Shown: positions 49,231 through 62,604 of the stretch, piece after piece | Position numbering within the stretch: the first letter of the stretch is position 1 | Layout of the letters: the number at the start of each line of letters is the position of its first letter | NCBI GenBank assembly: GCA_051942205.1 | Contig: JAVECO010000009.1 | Span: forward strand, 1-64,000 | Length of the DNA: 64,000 nt | Direction of reading: 5' to 3' | Source: Coniocarpon cinnabarinum | Lineage: Eukaryota | Translations under genes and position numbers: made by a program | Notes under the pieces: model-generated | Seen by the model: only the letters and a program-made list of their open reading frames with translations | Databases searched by the model: none | What the model was told of the DNA's origin: nothing

Positions 49231-51146
49231 GCCGAAGGTAGAAATGATTGCTAGGGAACGAAAGGTTGAAATGAAAGTGCGGAAGGCTTTGCAGCCTATG
49301 TCAGAAATGAGAGGAAAGGTGGTCTTGTAGTTGGATAGAAGCAACGGAAAGTCAATGAACGAAATATCCTGTATTACTTATAGACCTTACACAAGGTGTA
49401 CCCGCGTGTTGATCAGGCCACAAGACTGCTCCGGAAACAGCAGGAGGTAATAGCCAGTCTCCAGACTTTTTGCATGTATGCGAACGGCAATAGCAGATGG
49501 CCAACACATTCTCGCGATGAAGAAGCAATCGCAACAGCGTTACCGTAACATCAGTCATTAGAAGAAGCGCCAATGTCAAGAGCGCAGCGGCCGCAAGTGG
49601 TGCATGCAGGTAAATGGGGCCGCGAAGGCGCATTAAAGTTGTCCTTCGATGAGGAATTAACGGGAGCTATCCTCTGTAAGAGACATCCCCCGTGGCTCGC
49701 TGGTAATGACAGGCCTTAGTGCCGGAGAGTTCAGGGCTCTAACGACACCAGGAGAGTAGCCGATAGCACAAACTGATGTGTGCAGCAAAGCAACAATCCA
49801 AATTATTTGCCAGCCTCGGTTATGCTTCTAGGGCAGCTGCGAGTGGATGGCGCCCGTGACATTGGTCACAAACGTCGTTAGCTTGGGAGCTTGTCAGCTT
49901 GTCAACGAGACTTGCAGAAGGGCTTAATGTGGCCACTGCACGCGCGCCATCCCGAGGGCTGTCGGACGATCACTGTCAAAGACCCTGACTGCCCCCGGCA
50001 AGGGGAAATTGTACCTGAACATCTTCCCTCGCGTGGCCGGCAGATACGTATGATTGGCTCACGCATGAGATTAGGTTGATCTAACAACAGCGGTATCACG
50101 AAGCAGAGGCTGGCGTTCCCAACTTTCATTTGGAGACGGCCTTTGCCTGTGATCTCTCTTTCTAATTATTCATTTCTTGCAAAGCGGCCGGCAAAGTCGA
50201 GAGGGGTGTTGTTAGTTGTCTTCTGGTCGTGGTTAGCGGTGGTCCACTTTCTAACAATGCATCTCTCAATTTGAGTCAGTCCACAGAGCAAGCGCCGCAG
50301 CGGTCACTTGGAGCCAGCAGCTTGTATGCATTGTACGCAAGTGACACGACGCTGGGAACGCGACGCCCCGCAATGACGAGCGGCGCTGGCGTGAAACAAC
50401 TGTCGTCGTCTGGTCAATCACATTGTCTGAATGCAAATTGCCAGACGTTGGCCAGTAGCATGGCGCACAGGAACGATTGGCACGCTTGACAAGGCCGAGT
50501 CCAGCGTGGTTGCATCCGGCCCGGCAGGAGACCGGTGCAAATTACGAATCGTCTCCGGCGGGCGGTCATCGGAGACGAGGAGAAGAGGGCGCACGGGGGG
50601 TTAGTTGGAGGAAGTGGAAAACGAGAGGAAGGAGGGGGCGAGGAAAGGCGCTAAAGCTCGGGCCACAAAGAGGTCATTGCAGCCCCAGATCTGGGGAGCG
50701 CCGATCTTCAGTGTTGCAACGCCAGCTGGTTACAGGTTTCGTGCCTCTACCTGACACTGACGGCCATCCATCACCAGACCTTCCACACCTGCTCCCTTCC
50801 CATGCACGAGCAAGCTCCGGTCACGACTGTCTCTGCAGACAATGCGCTGCCAGCTGGTGACGCGCGTGCGTGTGGCGCGCATTCGCTCAGCCCGCCATGT
50901 GGAGCAAGCCCGCTGACAGGTCATGCCCGGGTTCCCATTTCTGGCAGGTGACTTCCCTTGTTTGCCCGTCACCATTGCAAAGGTCCTGTTGTCAAGCGCC
51001 GACGCCACCTGGTCTACGCTGCGCCATCAGACTCTGCTCTGTTGGTGGCGCTCGCCGAGCGCCTATCCCACAGGCGGGCCGACAAATCGCAATGGTCACC
51101 GCCTGCGCTGACGATGGAGCCGCAACTGTTTTGCGGGGGATCTTCC

Positions 51147-52441
51147 TCAGTCAGATGACTCTGTATTCGCTACGACCATGGTTGCATTCTCACGGGTCAT
51201 GTCAGCAACCAGACTGTCTTTCGACATTGTGGAAGAAGACGCCACGCTTGACTTGCTGTCGTCCACGGTTGCATCTGAGCAGCTTCGTGCGAGTGATGAT
51301 TCCGAGGCCGAGATGTCCTCCTCACTTTGACCAGCGGCCCTTGAGCACGAAATGGTAGGTCGCAATATTTGGCGGATTCGTGCCTGTTCCTTCTCATGTA
51401 CGCCAATGGAGGTCAAGTATCCTCCGACACCTTTGTAGTTGAACCATAGCCAGTCTACCACCCATTGAACAAGATTTGGATCACACAACGCAAACTCCCT
51501 GGGTAGACCCTTCCTTCTGAACTCCTCCTCAGTCTCGACTTCTATAACTTCGAGCATCTCTTGACTTCTCATGTAGTCGTCTTTGATGACCTCAACTGGG
51601 ACTTCGAGCAGCAATAGCAAGAGTATCACTGCAAGACCAGTCCTGTCTTTCCCTTGCTGACAGTACAGATGGATTGGGTACTTGGACTCATCAGCGAGAA
51701 GGTGAAAAAGTCGTCTGAAATCTGGACGTGACGATTGTAAGGTATCTATGGCCAGTCCCATGAGACCACCCGGTCTAATGGCATGTTCGCCCACAATTGG
51801 AATCGCTTTGGGCTTCTGTCCAGTGATGGCAAACCACATTATTTTCCTATTCAAGAAACACATCAGCAAGGTACGGACGTCCAGAAAGCCCTTATGGGCG
51901 CTTCTTGGAACAGGCTTACATGAATGAGATCCATTTGAAATTGAGTATCAACCGCAAGAGGAGGCGTATTCTGTACCACGTTCCAGTGAGGTTAATGAAG
52001 TGAAGGTCGGCTTGGCTACATGGATAATGACATCCACGTAGCTTGCCTTCCTCTTGCAGTTGCTGTTTGGACCTGTTCTCCTTTAGCCAAGGAACCCCTC
52101 CCAAAGGATTCTGCAATAATACCCGTAGCGGAGATCGACGACTGTTTTGATTCCGTAACCGCCAAGAAGTAACGCAGTGTCTTGGTCACTTATATCATCT
52201 TGCAAGACGAATCAGGGCGGCGCGAGCAATAGCTTCCTTGCATGTAATTCTCACCTGTTTCAGCGCTTCGATAAACTAAACCCTGTTTGAGCTTGCTACA
52301 CACGAATGAGTTGACATCCTGGCTCCCCGCGTTGGGCACAACGGTCAGGTGCACTAACAGCGGGTTCGTGCCAAGCCCTGCATTCGTAATATCTGCAATA
52401 TCGCGGAAGTTCAACACAGAGTCTGGGCGGGTAGACTGCAT
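51147..52441 (-). CDS. Tyrosine/serine phosphatase-like protein (IphP/Y_phosphatase3 type), multi-exon
   Basis: LNFRDI; KQGLVYRSA; GIKTVVDLR; YPIHLYCQQGKDRTG (CX5R); IKDDYMRS; YKGVGGYLTSIG. Confidence 0.8.
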
Positions 52442-53001
52442 GAAAATGATACGCGCGGTAATACGCGATATAGATGAACTATTTACTTAAAAGCGAGGGG
52501 CGCGGCTACAAGCAAAGCCAGTGAAACAAAAGGCGTTTTTTCGGGCCAGGCGCTGCAAGCCACCTTTCCACAGTCAGGGGGCGAGGAGAATAAGGACACG
52601 TTGTATATCTGGATGGAGACTAGGCTTCAGATTCAGCCTCATGAGACACACCCGAACAAGCCAAAGCTAGCAGCAGAACACAAGACCGGCGAGGATCCCA
52701 ATGGCGAGCTATTCCATGATGTTGCCACGGTAAAGACGGGTCAAATAAACAACCTTGTAATTATCCAGAGTCAACGAACGCGCTAGAGCTTATCTCAGCC
52801 TTGCATACCTAGGGTTTCCCAAAGCAGCAATGCGGCACTCTGCCATCATTTACGGCTTGTTTCCGTTGCTTCACCTTTCGCGACATCTTCTAATCCTCCT
52901 CCTCCCCAGACCATCCGTTCATTACATCAGACATCAACCTTCATACCTCCAGCGCTCTCTTTCCATCCGTGTAAAACTGACAGATACCACAGTCATTCAC
53001 A

Positions 53002-54258
53002 ATGACTTCTGAGGTGAGTTTAATTTAGCGCGTCTGAAGGCTGCCTGATGCTGCCAGCCGTGCCTGATACTGCAGTTCTTGATAATACCGAGCAACAGCT
53101 AATTTCAGTCATCTAGCGTGAGAGGTACGGCCATTTTTCCGGTGAATCTCACTTAATCATTAACGCGACAACGCAGCAAAACCTTTCTCGCTCGCCTCTG
53201 CGAGCAAGCAGAACGCTATGATGGTGAGCTCCTGTTACCTCCACGATGTTGAGAGGAAGAAGCTAACACAGCTCATGAAGAGATGGTCAATTACATGAAG
53301 GTCAGTATTCAAGGACATACGTTCTTTGCAATTATCAAATTTGAGCTGATGTGTTGTTCAGGAAGTTGCAAAGGTACAGATTATTGTATCCTCGTATCAC
53401 CTTGCGCATCGACTAAAGCATGACGATCTAGCTTGGTGGTGAACTCACAGTCGACGAGCGCAACCTTCTTTCCGTGGCGTACAAAAATGTGGTCGGAACC
53501 CGACGTGCGTCGTGGCGCATCATATCGTCCATCGAGCAGAAAGAAGAGGCCAAAGGATCAGACAAGCACGTTGGCACCATTCGCGAGTACCGCACCAAGA
53601 TCGAGAAGGAGCTCGAGAAAGTCTGCGAGGATGTGCTCGACGTCCTGAGCGATTCTTTGATTCCCAAGGCTGAATCGGGCGAGTCGAAGGTCTTCTACTA
53701 CAAGATGTTCGTGCTTTGTAATGTGCAATTACGATGCCAGTGCTGACGACGAGACAGGAAGGGTGATTACCATCGATACCTGGCGGAATTCGCCGGAGGT
53801 GACAAGCGCAAGGATGCTGCCACACATGCACACGATGCGTACAAGGTCAATTGAGGCCTAATTTGCATGAATTTTGAGAATTAGTGCTGACCATGCTTCA
53901 GAACGCTACCGACGTCGCGCAAACCGAACTCACCCCCACTCATCCCATTCGTCTCGGTTTGGCCCTCAATTTCTCCGTTTTCTACTACGAGATTCTCAAC
54001 TCACCCGACCGTGCTTGCCATCTCGCTAAGCAGGCGTTCGATGATGCCATTGCTGAGCTCGATTCCCTTTCTGAGGACTCCTACCGAGACAGCACACTTA
54101 TCATGCAACTACTGCGCGACAATCTGACCTTGTGGACATCATCCGAGGGTGGCGAAGGCGAGGGATCCAGTGAAGCGCAAAAGGAGGGCGAGAAGGCTCC
54201 TGAGTCAAAAGAGGAGCCCGCTGCGGCGCCTGAGGCTGAGAAGCCTGCGGAGTCTTAA
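53002..54258 (+). CDS. 14-3-3 protein, 8 exons including micro-exons
   Basis: [62 protein letters not shown]...[10 protein letters not shown]...[20 protein letters not shown]...[15 protein letters not shown]. Confidence 0.96.
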
Positions 54259-55519
54259 GGCGTACGCGCCCGCGATACCCTCTATGATGTGCCCACGATA
54301 ACGTTGATCTCCCTGGACACCCTTCACGGCTGATCATTTCGTTTCAAGCAAATCCACTGTCAATCGACCAGCGTTTCGGAAGGTACTCAAGGAGTGATCA
54401 TGACAATAATTTTCACCGTCACCCACCTCTCCGGCGCAACTTTGTCGACATTTCCTCTTTTCACTGTTCATGCGAAATTCTCCCGTCCTTTTCCCTGGTA
54501 CATCGAACCGATCCCGGCGAAATGAGCTCATCAGATACCAAAGCAAGGGGAGTGGGAGAATGGACTTCGCCGGGATGAGATGCATCTTTGTAAACTGTCA
54601 GAGTAGCTTGCCGGCGGCTCTGGGCGCAGGGCGAGGCAGGCTCTCTCAAGGTCTGGCAACGGACCCCTCACACTCCCTCACATACATCAAAATTTTGAAA
54701 TTTTCCATGCTCAAAGCACTGTTCTTATGACGTGTGTAGCTATGCGTTTTGCGTGTTTTGTTGCGTGCAGACGGTGATGCTTTCTTAGCGTAATACACGT
54801 TGCTGGGTCTTGGCTAGGATGTGCTCTCGAACCAAGACGCTCGGTGCTCTTTAGAAATCATACATCGCAAGTTGATCAGGAAATCATCATGTTTTACAGC
54901 CTCAAGATTCGTTGCCAATGGGGAGAGAGCCGCGGTACGGGCGGTGGGAATATTGCTCCATCTTGCCCGTTTCTAGTGCGGTGGGCCCGCTTCTCATGCC
55001 GACGGAGCACTTTGCACGTTACTCGTCCCTTGCATACGTACATGCCTCCATGACGTAACAGGGAGGCGAAGAGTTGAGTAAGCGGACTGAACGTATAAAG
55101 CTCTTCGAATTGCCTATGGAGATGTCCTCAACACTTCGTTGTACGAGCGACACAGACCAAGGATCGTGACTCTCTTTAAACCAGCCGAATTACTGTCCTA
55201 AAATCAGCACCTCCGATCTCGTGGACCATCATTGCTTGATATTTGATTCTCACGTATCGATACAGCTCACTCATTTAAATCCAAGAACCCAACACACTTC
55301 ACGTATTCCTCACTAGACGTTCGGCCCAGTCACAGCTTCAATATTCTTCTGGTATCTTCTACTTTCAAGAGTTCTTGTAAATAGAAACACCGCATTACAG
55401 CCACAATCTAATCAAATTACCTTGCACACATCCATCCGCAGTCCCAGTGCAGCGTACTTGCAATCCTGCAACTACCGCTTGACCTTTCTCCCCACAACTA
55501 CCAACTGGCTACGGCTACC

Positions 55520-56979
55520 ATGACTTCCTCCATGCTCTCACTGTCCTCAGACACGTCTTTCCACTTCGAACTCCTTCGGCCACTCTCCCATGCCCGCTAC
55601 CGTGGTGCCGACATCACGGATGTACTGCAAGCCGCTGCTTTGATCAAGCCTGGAGACTTTGAGTCATGGTATCAAACCTGGCGTCAAATCGCTGAACGAA
55701 CTGAGAAAAGCATCTCATACCAATTCGACACGCCCTCTGATACTATCGCTCGCCGCAACCCCGTCGGAGAGTGCGACAAGCTCCTCGCGGCAGCGACATA
55801 TTACCGTATCGCAGATTTCTTTATGCATGGCAATCAAGACGATCCACGAATCATGGAGGTTTGGGAACAACAGACGAAGTGCTTTGATCGGGCCTTGAAG
55901 AATTTACGGTATAAAGCCTCGCGGCACGTCGCTAAGGCTGATGGCTTCGATGTGCCCATGATCTTCTATCAAGCCCTTGAGAATGGAGGGCCGCGAAAAG
56001 CAACAATTGTCGTGGGCAACGGCTATGTAAGCTCTTCTGCCTCCCTTTCGTGATATTTTTCGGCCTTCATACAGGTTTGAAATAGGCTCGGCCTGTGTTC
56101 GATCAAGGCTCGAAAACGAGCAGCAAAGGCCCCCAAAACATTCGGACAACGCTGACATCAATAGGACGGCTCACAAGAAGAGCTCCTCCATCAATCAGGC
56201 CTCGCAGCCTTGCAAAGCGGCTACAACGTTCTCACGTATGAAGGACCGGGCCAACCGTCCGTTCGTCGCTATCAGAACAAAGGTTTCATTCACGACTGGG
56301 AGCGCGCCGTCACACCCGTCATCGATTTCGCCATCTCACAACCCATCGTTGACCCAGAACGCATCGCTCTACTGGGTGTGAGTCTCGGTGGGTACTTCTG
56401 CTTGCGCGCAGCCGCGTTCGAGAAGCGCATCAAAGCTGCCATAGCTGTGGACGGCGTGTGGAGTTTCAAGAGGGCCATGGACAAGTTCATCCCTAAAGAG
56501 ACGCGCGATCTGCTGGATCAAGGGAAGGCTGGAGAGTTTGACGTTGCCTTCACAAAGAAGCTGTCAGATCCGAACACACCGACGGTGCTGCGATGGGGAT
56601 TCAGTCAAGGTATGTTTAATGCCGTCTTTGTGCCAGCGTCATTTCATTTCAGCAGGAATACTGACACGTACACGCAGGTCTCTGGAGCTTCAACACCACA
56701 TCACCCGCCGAACTCGTCCAACGCGCCAGTCAATTCGACCTAAGCGGCCTCGAAGACCGAATCACTTGTCCAGTATTCGACGCCGACGCCGAAGAAGACA
56801 TCTTCTTCGCGGGACAGCCTGAAATGGTGAAGGAGCGCCTTGGCGACAATGTGACTTTGAGGAAATACACGAGTGCAGATGGCGGGATGGCGCATTCGCA
56901 GATTGGGGCATGCAGCCTGCTCAATGCGGAGGTGCTTGCGTGGTTAGCGGAGAAGATGCCGCCCAAGCCGGTGTCTTGA
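55520..56979 (+). CDS. Alpha/beta hydrolase (2,6-dihydroxypseudooxynicotine hydrolase-like), 3 exons
   Basis: DTSFHFELLR; YYRIADFF; GNG(Y)|DGSQEEL; YEGPGQ; nucleophile elbow GVSLGG; EEDIFFAGQP; AHSQIGA. Confidence 0.88.
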
Positions 56980-57330
56980 GGGATTCAGATGGGCAGTGGA
57001 GAGGGCAGAAGGCTGTAGCGTCGAGATCGAGAGAGTGATACGCTTGTGATACACTGAAACAGTGTGATGTGTCTTCAACGGAGGCAATGAGACATCACAT
57101 CCAAGCGGCACATACAGAAATTCGAGTTCGCACGCCGCAATGCTTTAAATTCCCTAGCGCGAGCACTCCTCTCCACTCTGAGCTTAGGCAGGCCCTTCTC
57201 AGGTCAATGAGCTAGCTTCTATAACATCTCCTAAACCATCTACCCACTACCCGATCTGACTCTGGACACACACTACTCAACCCACCTTGTACTCCAAACC
57301 CCCATCCCCACTCCAAACTCACTCTCAAAA

Positions 57331-59436
57331 CTACGCCCACTCAACAGTAACCCCCCAAATAACATTATCCCTCGTCCAAGTAACCAACACCGTCCTCCCG
57401 GAAGGATCAAACTCCGGATGACCGCAAACACAATACCGCATCCCGTTCCCCCCCCTGATTTCCGGCTGGCCCTCCGGCCACGTCGTGGCCACTTGACCGT
57501 GGCCGGCCCACGGTCCTTGGAGGGCTGGCGCCGTTTTGCAGTAGATTTCGCTGCCCGGGAAGCCGGTACTGTGGAGGAGCGTCCAGCTTCTGAAGTGGTG
57601 GGACCAGAAGGGGGTGCTTTGGTTGAGGGCGTGCCAGTCGAAGAGTCTGGCTTTGTTAGCGTTGTTGCGATGGTGTGGGTGGTTGGTGCTTTGACGCAGT
57701 TGTGAGATTGAGGAGTGTTGTGCACAGGAGGCGAGTCGTGTTGGTGTCTTGTGTCATTGAAGGGAATACTCAGCAGGTATGAGGATAGGGATACATGAAC
57801 GACAGGGCGTAAAGACAGGTATTGGGTTTGAAGGGAGGGAGCATTGCAAGTCAGAAAGAGAGGGAAGAATAACATACGCCATCTCCCTGGTACACGCCAA
57901 ACTCCCCAACGCGCCGTTCGCCAACCGCTGCCGCGTCCACTCCTTAACATCATTCCTCCAATACTCATAAGCACCCACATCCAACGCCCTCTCCGGGGGA
58001 CATCTCGCCAAATAAGTCCGAGAGTTCAGCTCCGCGTCCAGCGTGCTGCCATGACCCAGGACATAGATAAAGCCATCTGCTTCATTCAGACAGACGCCGA
58101 CGTCGCCCCAGGCTGGCTCGAAGTCGTTCCAGAGCGTGTTGTGAGGTCTTTGGGCGCGGACTTCGCCGCTGGGAGTCAAGGTGACGGGGCAGATGCCCGC
58201 GCCGTGGCAGGTGTACTTTCCGGAGGGGCGGTGCATTTTGAGGTAGTAGATTAGGCCTTGGTTGGGAGAGATTTCGAGGATGTTGGTGCCGCCGAAGGAG
58301 AAGTTTGTGTAGCCGCCTGTTGATGAAGGGTGGATGGTTAGCGTTGTTGAGCCCTGGAGGGGAAGGCGAGGAGGAGGAATGTAGCGAGGAAAAGGGAAGT
58401 GAATGCGGTGGACGCGGAGGTGCCTGTGCAGATGGAATATGGGAGGGAGATGGAACAAACAGGGCGATGGGAGGCGAGTGCATACCGTTTCTCTCCTCTT
58501 CAGGCGTCAACGGCACCAGGGACGCGACGTTGTCGCTGCCTGGTTTGAACGAGGTATCCATTGAGCACATCGGTGCTTTCATCGACCTATTCCCACGGTC
58601 AGTACGCTTGCACTCTCGCACACTTAAAGCCAGGGCCCTTGTTCTCTCTATGAAGCAACTTCAGGCTCCAGTCTGCCACCGTGTCATTTCGGAAGAGCAG
58701 GGAACGCTGAGAGAACACGTTGGAAGGGGGAGTAAAATACCCGATAGTCGTCGACTCGACCGCACTAATCATCGCATTCTCCTCATTACCCATGAGTGTA
58801 TCCCCCCAGGTCCATACGATACGTCCGTCAAGGACACCCGTAAAGCCCAAGTCTCGCATTGTGTTATGCCGGTGACCTGCTCAAACCCTGTTAGTCTCAC
58901 TGCCCTTAGCGACTTGTGGAGGGAACAAATCGGGAAGAAGACGCACCACGCGGATGATAGAACTGGTGTCGATCATGGTATATGAGCTTCGCGACTTTGG
59001 GTGGCAGTTGGCCTGGTCCCGGTGGTTTCTGACCGGGCTGCGGGATCACTGGTCGTGGAGTATCCGGGCCGTGGAGAGGTATGGGAGGTGTTCTAGCAGG
59101 CAATGAATCAGTACGGGTGCTACTTGAGAGAAGTGGAGATGTGCTGGCACCAGCAGAGCTGTGAGACGGATGGCCCGAAGTGATTGACGAAGGGTCTTTT
59201 GGGATATGACCCTAGGCAAGTTGAAACATGGTGATAATAGAGCGCTCGATTGCGGGATTGGATGATGCTAGTACAGAATAGCTGATGTCTTTTCGCGATA
59301 GAAGGGGAAGGAGGAAAACGCACCCGCCGCTGTGATGTTGACTTCCCCAAGGCGCTGGAAACGACCCTTGACCACTGCCACTACCGCTCAGCCGCTTCTG
59401 CGCCTTGTCTTGAATCTTGCTCATGAACTTGTCCAT
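57331..59436 (-). CDS. Conserved-looking hypothetical protein (DUF4185-like), multi-exon
   Basis: RDLGFTG...WTWGDT; FSFGGTN; WGDVG; IYVLGH; YLARCP; YEYW; last exon FWSHHFRSW...QGPW...YCVCGHPEFDPSGRTVLVTWT...VEWA*. Confidence 0.7.
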
Positions 59437-60483
59437 CTTGTGCCAGTGTTCTCTGCTCTCGTTCTCAGATTGACACGCACCAGCTGGCTCAATGCCGATG
59501 CAACACAGGGTCTCTCGATAAACACGCGAGCCTAAGATAGACGCGAAGGAGAAGTCAGCGCTTGTTGTTTGATGTATAGTGATTTTGACATTGTTGGAAG
59601 ATGGACTGGCAGTCCAACGTCATACTTGCCATTCGAGAAACAGACTTACCTAGGTTGCTCGGAAATGCGCCAGGAACGGGGCGGGTGCACGTGGGGAAGC
59701 TCAGTGGAACTGCATTAGAGCGGAGACTAAAGTGACTTAGTTGATAGTGGGGCTCTGTTGGAGGTCTTGGACCATCATAAACGTATGCGCCTGTTACAAG
59801 GTTAGCATGCGGCCCGCAGCGTTGGTTCCCACGAATTACGCAAAAAATACTGGCATCATGTCAGTCCAATTGGCGGTGGAGTCGAGGGAGTGCACATAAA
59901 GACGCTGCATGAAAAGCCTAAGCGACAAGTGGAACGACGTTCCAAAATATATTCAAAATTGCTCGCGTGTGCTAATCTTGCTTTTGTTAACCATGTTGCA
60001 TGCTAGGGTATGCTTTTTTGAATGCAGCCTCTCAGTCATGAAAGAAAGGCACCGGGACGGAGGGCCGCGCAGCACACCCATCCAAACCACCGCTCAAGAA
60101 GAGATCTCCCGGTACGCTGATGCTGTGCATGAGTCTATGATCATCACGGCGCGGCCCAATCCACGAGAGTACTGTAAGCCCATGCGCAATACTGCGAGGC
60201 GCCATTGCCGATGCGATGCTCTGTCTGGGAATCTGAAAAGCAATCTAGCCTCTGACAGCTGCTTACGATGGGGATGCGGTAGCCCCTCAAGCGAAGACAG
60301 AGATACTGGCAGGAATTCTTCTGCCCGACTTGAAATCTTGAAGCTCCAAGTCAATCAACACACGCAGAGTAAAGAACCCGTCATGTACTCAAAGGCTGGA
60401 CATTAACCGTGTGGCAAGAGCGTCAGGATATCATGCTCCAAAACCTCGCGAGATCAACGATTAACTTGCTCGATGGGGCAAGA

Positions 60484-62604
60484 TCAATGAACGGCCCATC
60501 CTACTGTTGGTGCCTGATCCAGAAAGGGTTGGTACGAGTCGGGAATTTCGATGTCCTGCGGAGCGGGAGACCAGTGCCAAGGAGTGCTGTTCGTCGAGCT
60601 AAAATCATCATAGTGGATTTCATCGATTCCGAAATAGCCCGGCCCTGGTGCACTGGTTGGTGTCGGACGACTGAAACTCTGCAAATCAAGCATTGGCTCG
60701 GCTGAGCTTTGTCTCCGTGAAGGGTCTTCGTCATGCATTGGTACAGGGAGAACAGGAGGTGAGCAGACTGACTTCGAGGGCAGCTTTTGCGCGCATGATA
60801 ATCCAGACGCATGAGACCTGTGGGAGATGGATTCGAAATTGAAACTGAGGCGGGTCCGAGACCTCGACTGAAGACGTCGTGTGGAGAATTGCGCGTGACT
60901 TTTATTGAGCGAGAGTCGGTGACTCAAAGTGTTGACCCACTGCACCCTTTCCTCACGGCGGTTGCCGAATAGGTCGCGAAAGCTGACAACTAGTTCGCCA
61001 GTGTTTTTGACAAGCCGCGGCAACGCTTCAAGTATGCGTGCTGCACGCGTTACATCCTTTTCGCTCTGAACGTTGGGCCATGATGGACTGGCACGCTCTT
61101 CCGTGTCGATTATCTTTTCACCGATGCTGCATGCTAGATGACTATTCCATATTCCCTCGTTCTGGGGGCATTTTCGGAGCATTTCCAGAGCATCGCGTCT
61201 AAGTCGAGGGACACGACATCGACTCACAACGTAAAAGAGAGGTTCGGCGACACCAAGGTCGAAAGAGACAGTCATGTGCTGCCCTCTGGAAGAAGAGGGT
61301 GTGATTTCAAAGACTTTCCGGGCCAGAACGACCATTTCTTCGAACAACGGCGTAAATTCGTCAAAGTGCATTTCATCCAGACTTGGGAACCTCGAAAGAG
61401 CGATGGTCAGAAAGAGTCGATGGACGTGTAGGACATTGGATGCTCGAGTGGCTCGAGGGTCCTTGTCGAAGCCAGACTCTTGTACGAGCTTTTTGTGCGC
61501 ATGTTGCCATGCCCTCAGAACAGCCATGTTCTCGCTGCGCATCCGAAGTAAGCGCTCTTTACTGACACGTGGCCAATTGGCGCTGTTTGGTCCGTGGACA
61601 TTGACGACTTCGCGTGCCTTGCTCATGAAGTAGTTCTGGTACTCTAGAAGGCATTGTTTAGAGCGCTCCAGGTCTTCAAATTTGGGTGGCACCGGTGACG
61701 GCGTCAAAGGCATGGCCGTCTTTCCAGCCGTGGTAGGAGGGACCGCGCTGAGAATGTCAGATGCTTGTACATCCAGCCTGGTGAACACAGGGGCGATCGC
61801 CTCAAGCGGAATCAAGCTAGGTTTTCTCGTGGAGCTAAGTCTCGATCTGTTATTCATGATGTCTGTTAGAACGTTCATACCGCTCTGAGTGTGGAGAAGG
61901 ACCGCGTTGTGATTGCCGCGCAACAGCTCAAAGCAGATAAACAAGATGCAGACACTAAGGACAATCTCTCTGGAGCCGTCGCCAGTTTCCTGCACCAAGC
62001 TCAGCAGAGTCTTAATAGCCAGACTGTACTGCGACATCGTGAAGTCCGAGTCCGAGCCATGTGGATACGTGTCGACCGCAATCTGCTTGCCTTGTGCAAG
62101 GTCCTCATTGAGTGCTGCTAATGCAATGGCAGCATGACGTATGCATGAAATCTGGCAAGATGCTTGTGGTATGAAAGTCTGCCAGAATAAGGACTCAAAC
62201 CCTCCAGCCAGTTGAGGAACAGTCTGGCTGCAAAAGATTTCAAAGTACCTCTGCTCTCGCGGTGTACAGGCCAGTAGAGCAGGTTGCTCGAGAGCTTGAA
62301 CAGGCCCAACATGCTCCAACTTGGCAGGGGACCTAGCGTTTGTATTGGTACCTTTCTTGGACGGCACCGTTGCATAACCGTCGCACTTGTAGCCTTTGGT
62401 TATGCAGGTCATGCATGATGGTCGCGCCTCGTCGCATTTCTTGTGTCGTCTTTTGCAAGTGAGGCATCCAGTCTTGACCTTTGCGTTGCTGGCCCGTGTG
62501 CGCCGGGGCTTGCTCTCCACTGAATGTGATGCGCTGGTGGCTGCTTCTTCAGGTGAAGAGGAGCTCTCTGTAGGAGAGGTACTTCGGTATTTGGCTGGGG
62601 GCAT
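60484..62604 (-). CDS. Zn(II)2Cys6 transcription factor
   Basis: KVKTGCLTCKRRHKKCDEARPSCMTCITKGYKCDGY; IRHAAIALAAL; CILFICFELLRG; PLFYVVSRCR...RRDALEML...EGIWNS. The 3' end may contain an unresolved intron. Confidence 0.92.
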   Translation of the reverse strand: MPPAKYRSTSPTESSSSPEEAATSASHSVESKPRRTRASNAKVKTGCLTCKRRHKKCDEARPSCMTCITKGYKCDGYATVPSKKGTNTNARSPAKLEHVGPVQALEQPALLACTPREQRYFEIFCSQTVPQLAGGFESLFWQTFIPQASCQISCIRHAAIALAALNEDLAQGKQIAVDTYPHGSDSDFTMSQYSLAIKTLLSLVQETGDGSREIVLSVCILFICFELLRGNHNAVLLHTQSGMNVLTDIMNNRSRLSSTRKPSLIPLEAIAPVFTRLDVQASDILSAVPPTTAGKTAMPLTPSPVPPKFEDLERSKQCLLEYQNYFMSKAREVVNVHGPNSANWPRVSKERLLRMRSENMAVLRAWQHAHKKLVQESGFDKDPRATRASNVLHVHRLFLTIALSRFPSLDEMHFDEFTPLFEEMVVLARKVFEITPSSSRGQHMTVSFDLGVAEPLFYVVSRCRVPRLRRDALEMLRKCPQNEGIWNSHLACSIGEKIIDTEERASPSWPNVQSEKDVTRAARILEALPRLVKNTGELVVSFRDLFGNRREERVQWVNTLSHRLSLNKSHAQFSTRRLQSRSRTRLSFNFESISHRSHASGLSCAQKLPSKSVCSPPVLPVPMHDEDPSRRQSSAEPMLDLQSFSRPTPTSAPGPGYFGIDEIHYDDFSSTNSTPWHWSPAPQDIEIPDSYQPFLDQAPTVGWAVH

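Noticed and set aside
49350..51140. Short ORFs upstream of the GH16 gene (similar ones at 59500-60400 and 62700-64000)
   Set aside because: No motifs or consistent splice structure; treated as intergenic or UTR.
57444..57456. Possible frameshift at the G8 run in the last exon of the DUF4185-like gene
   Set aside because: Base counting gives AGG GGG GGG AAC, which keeps the frame.
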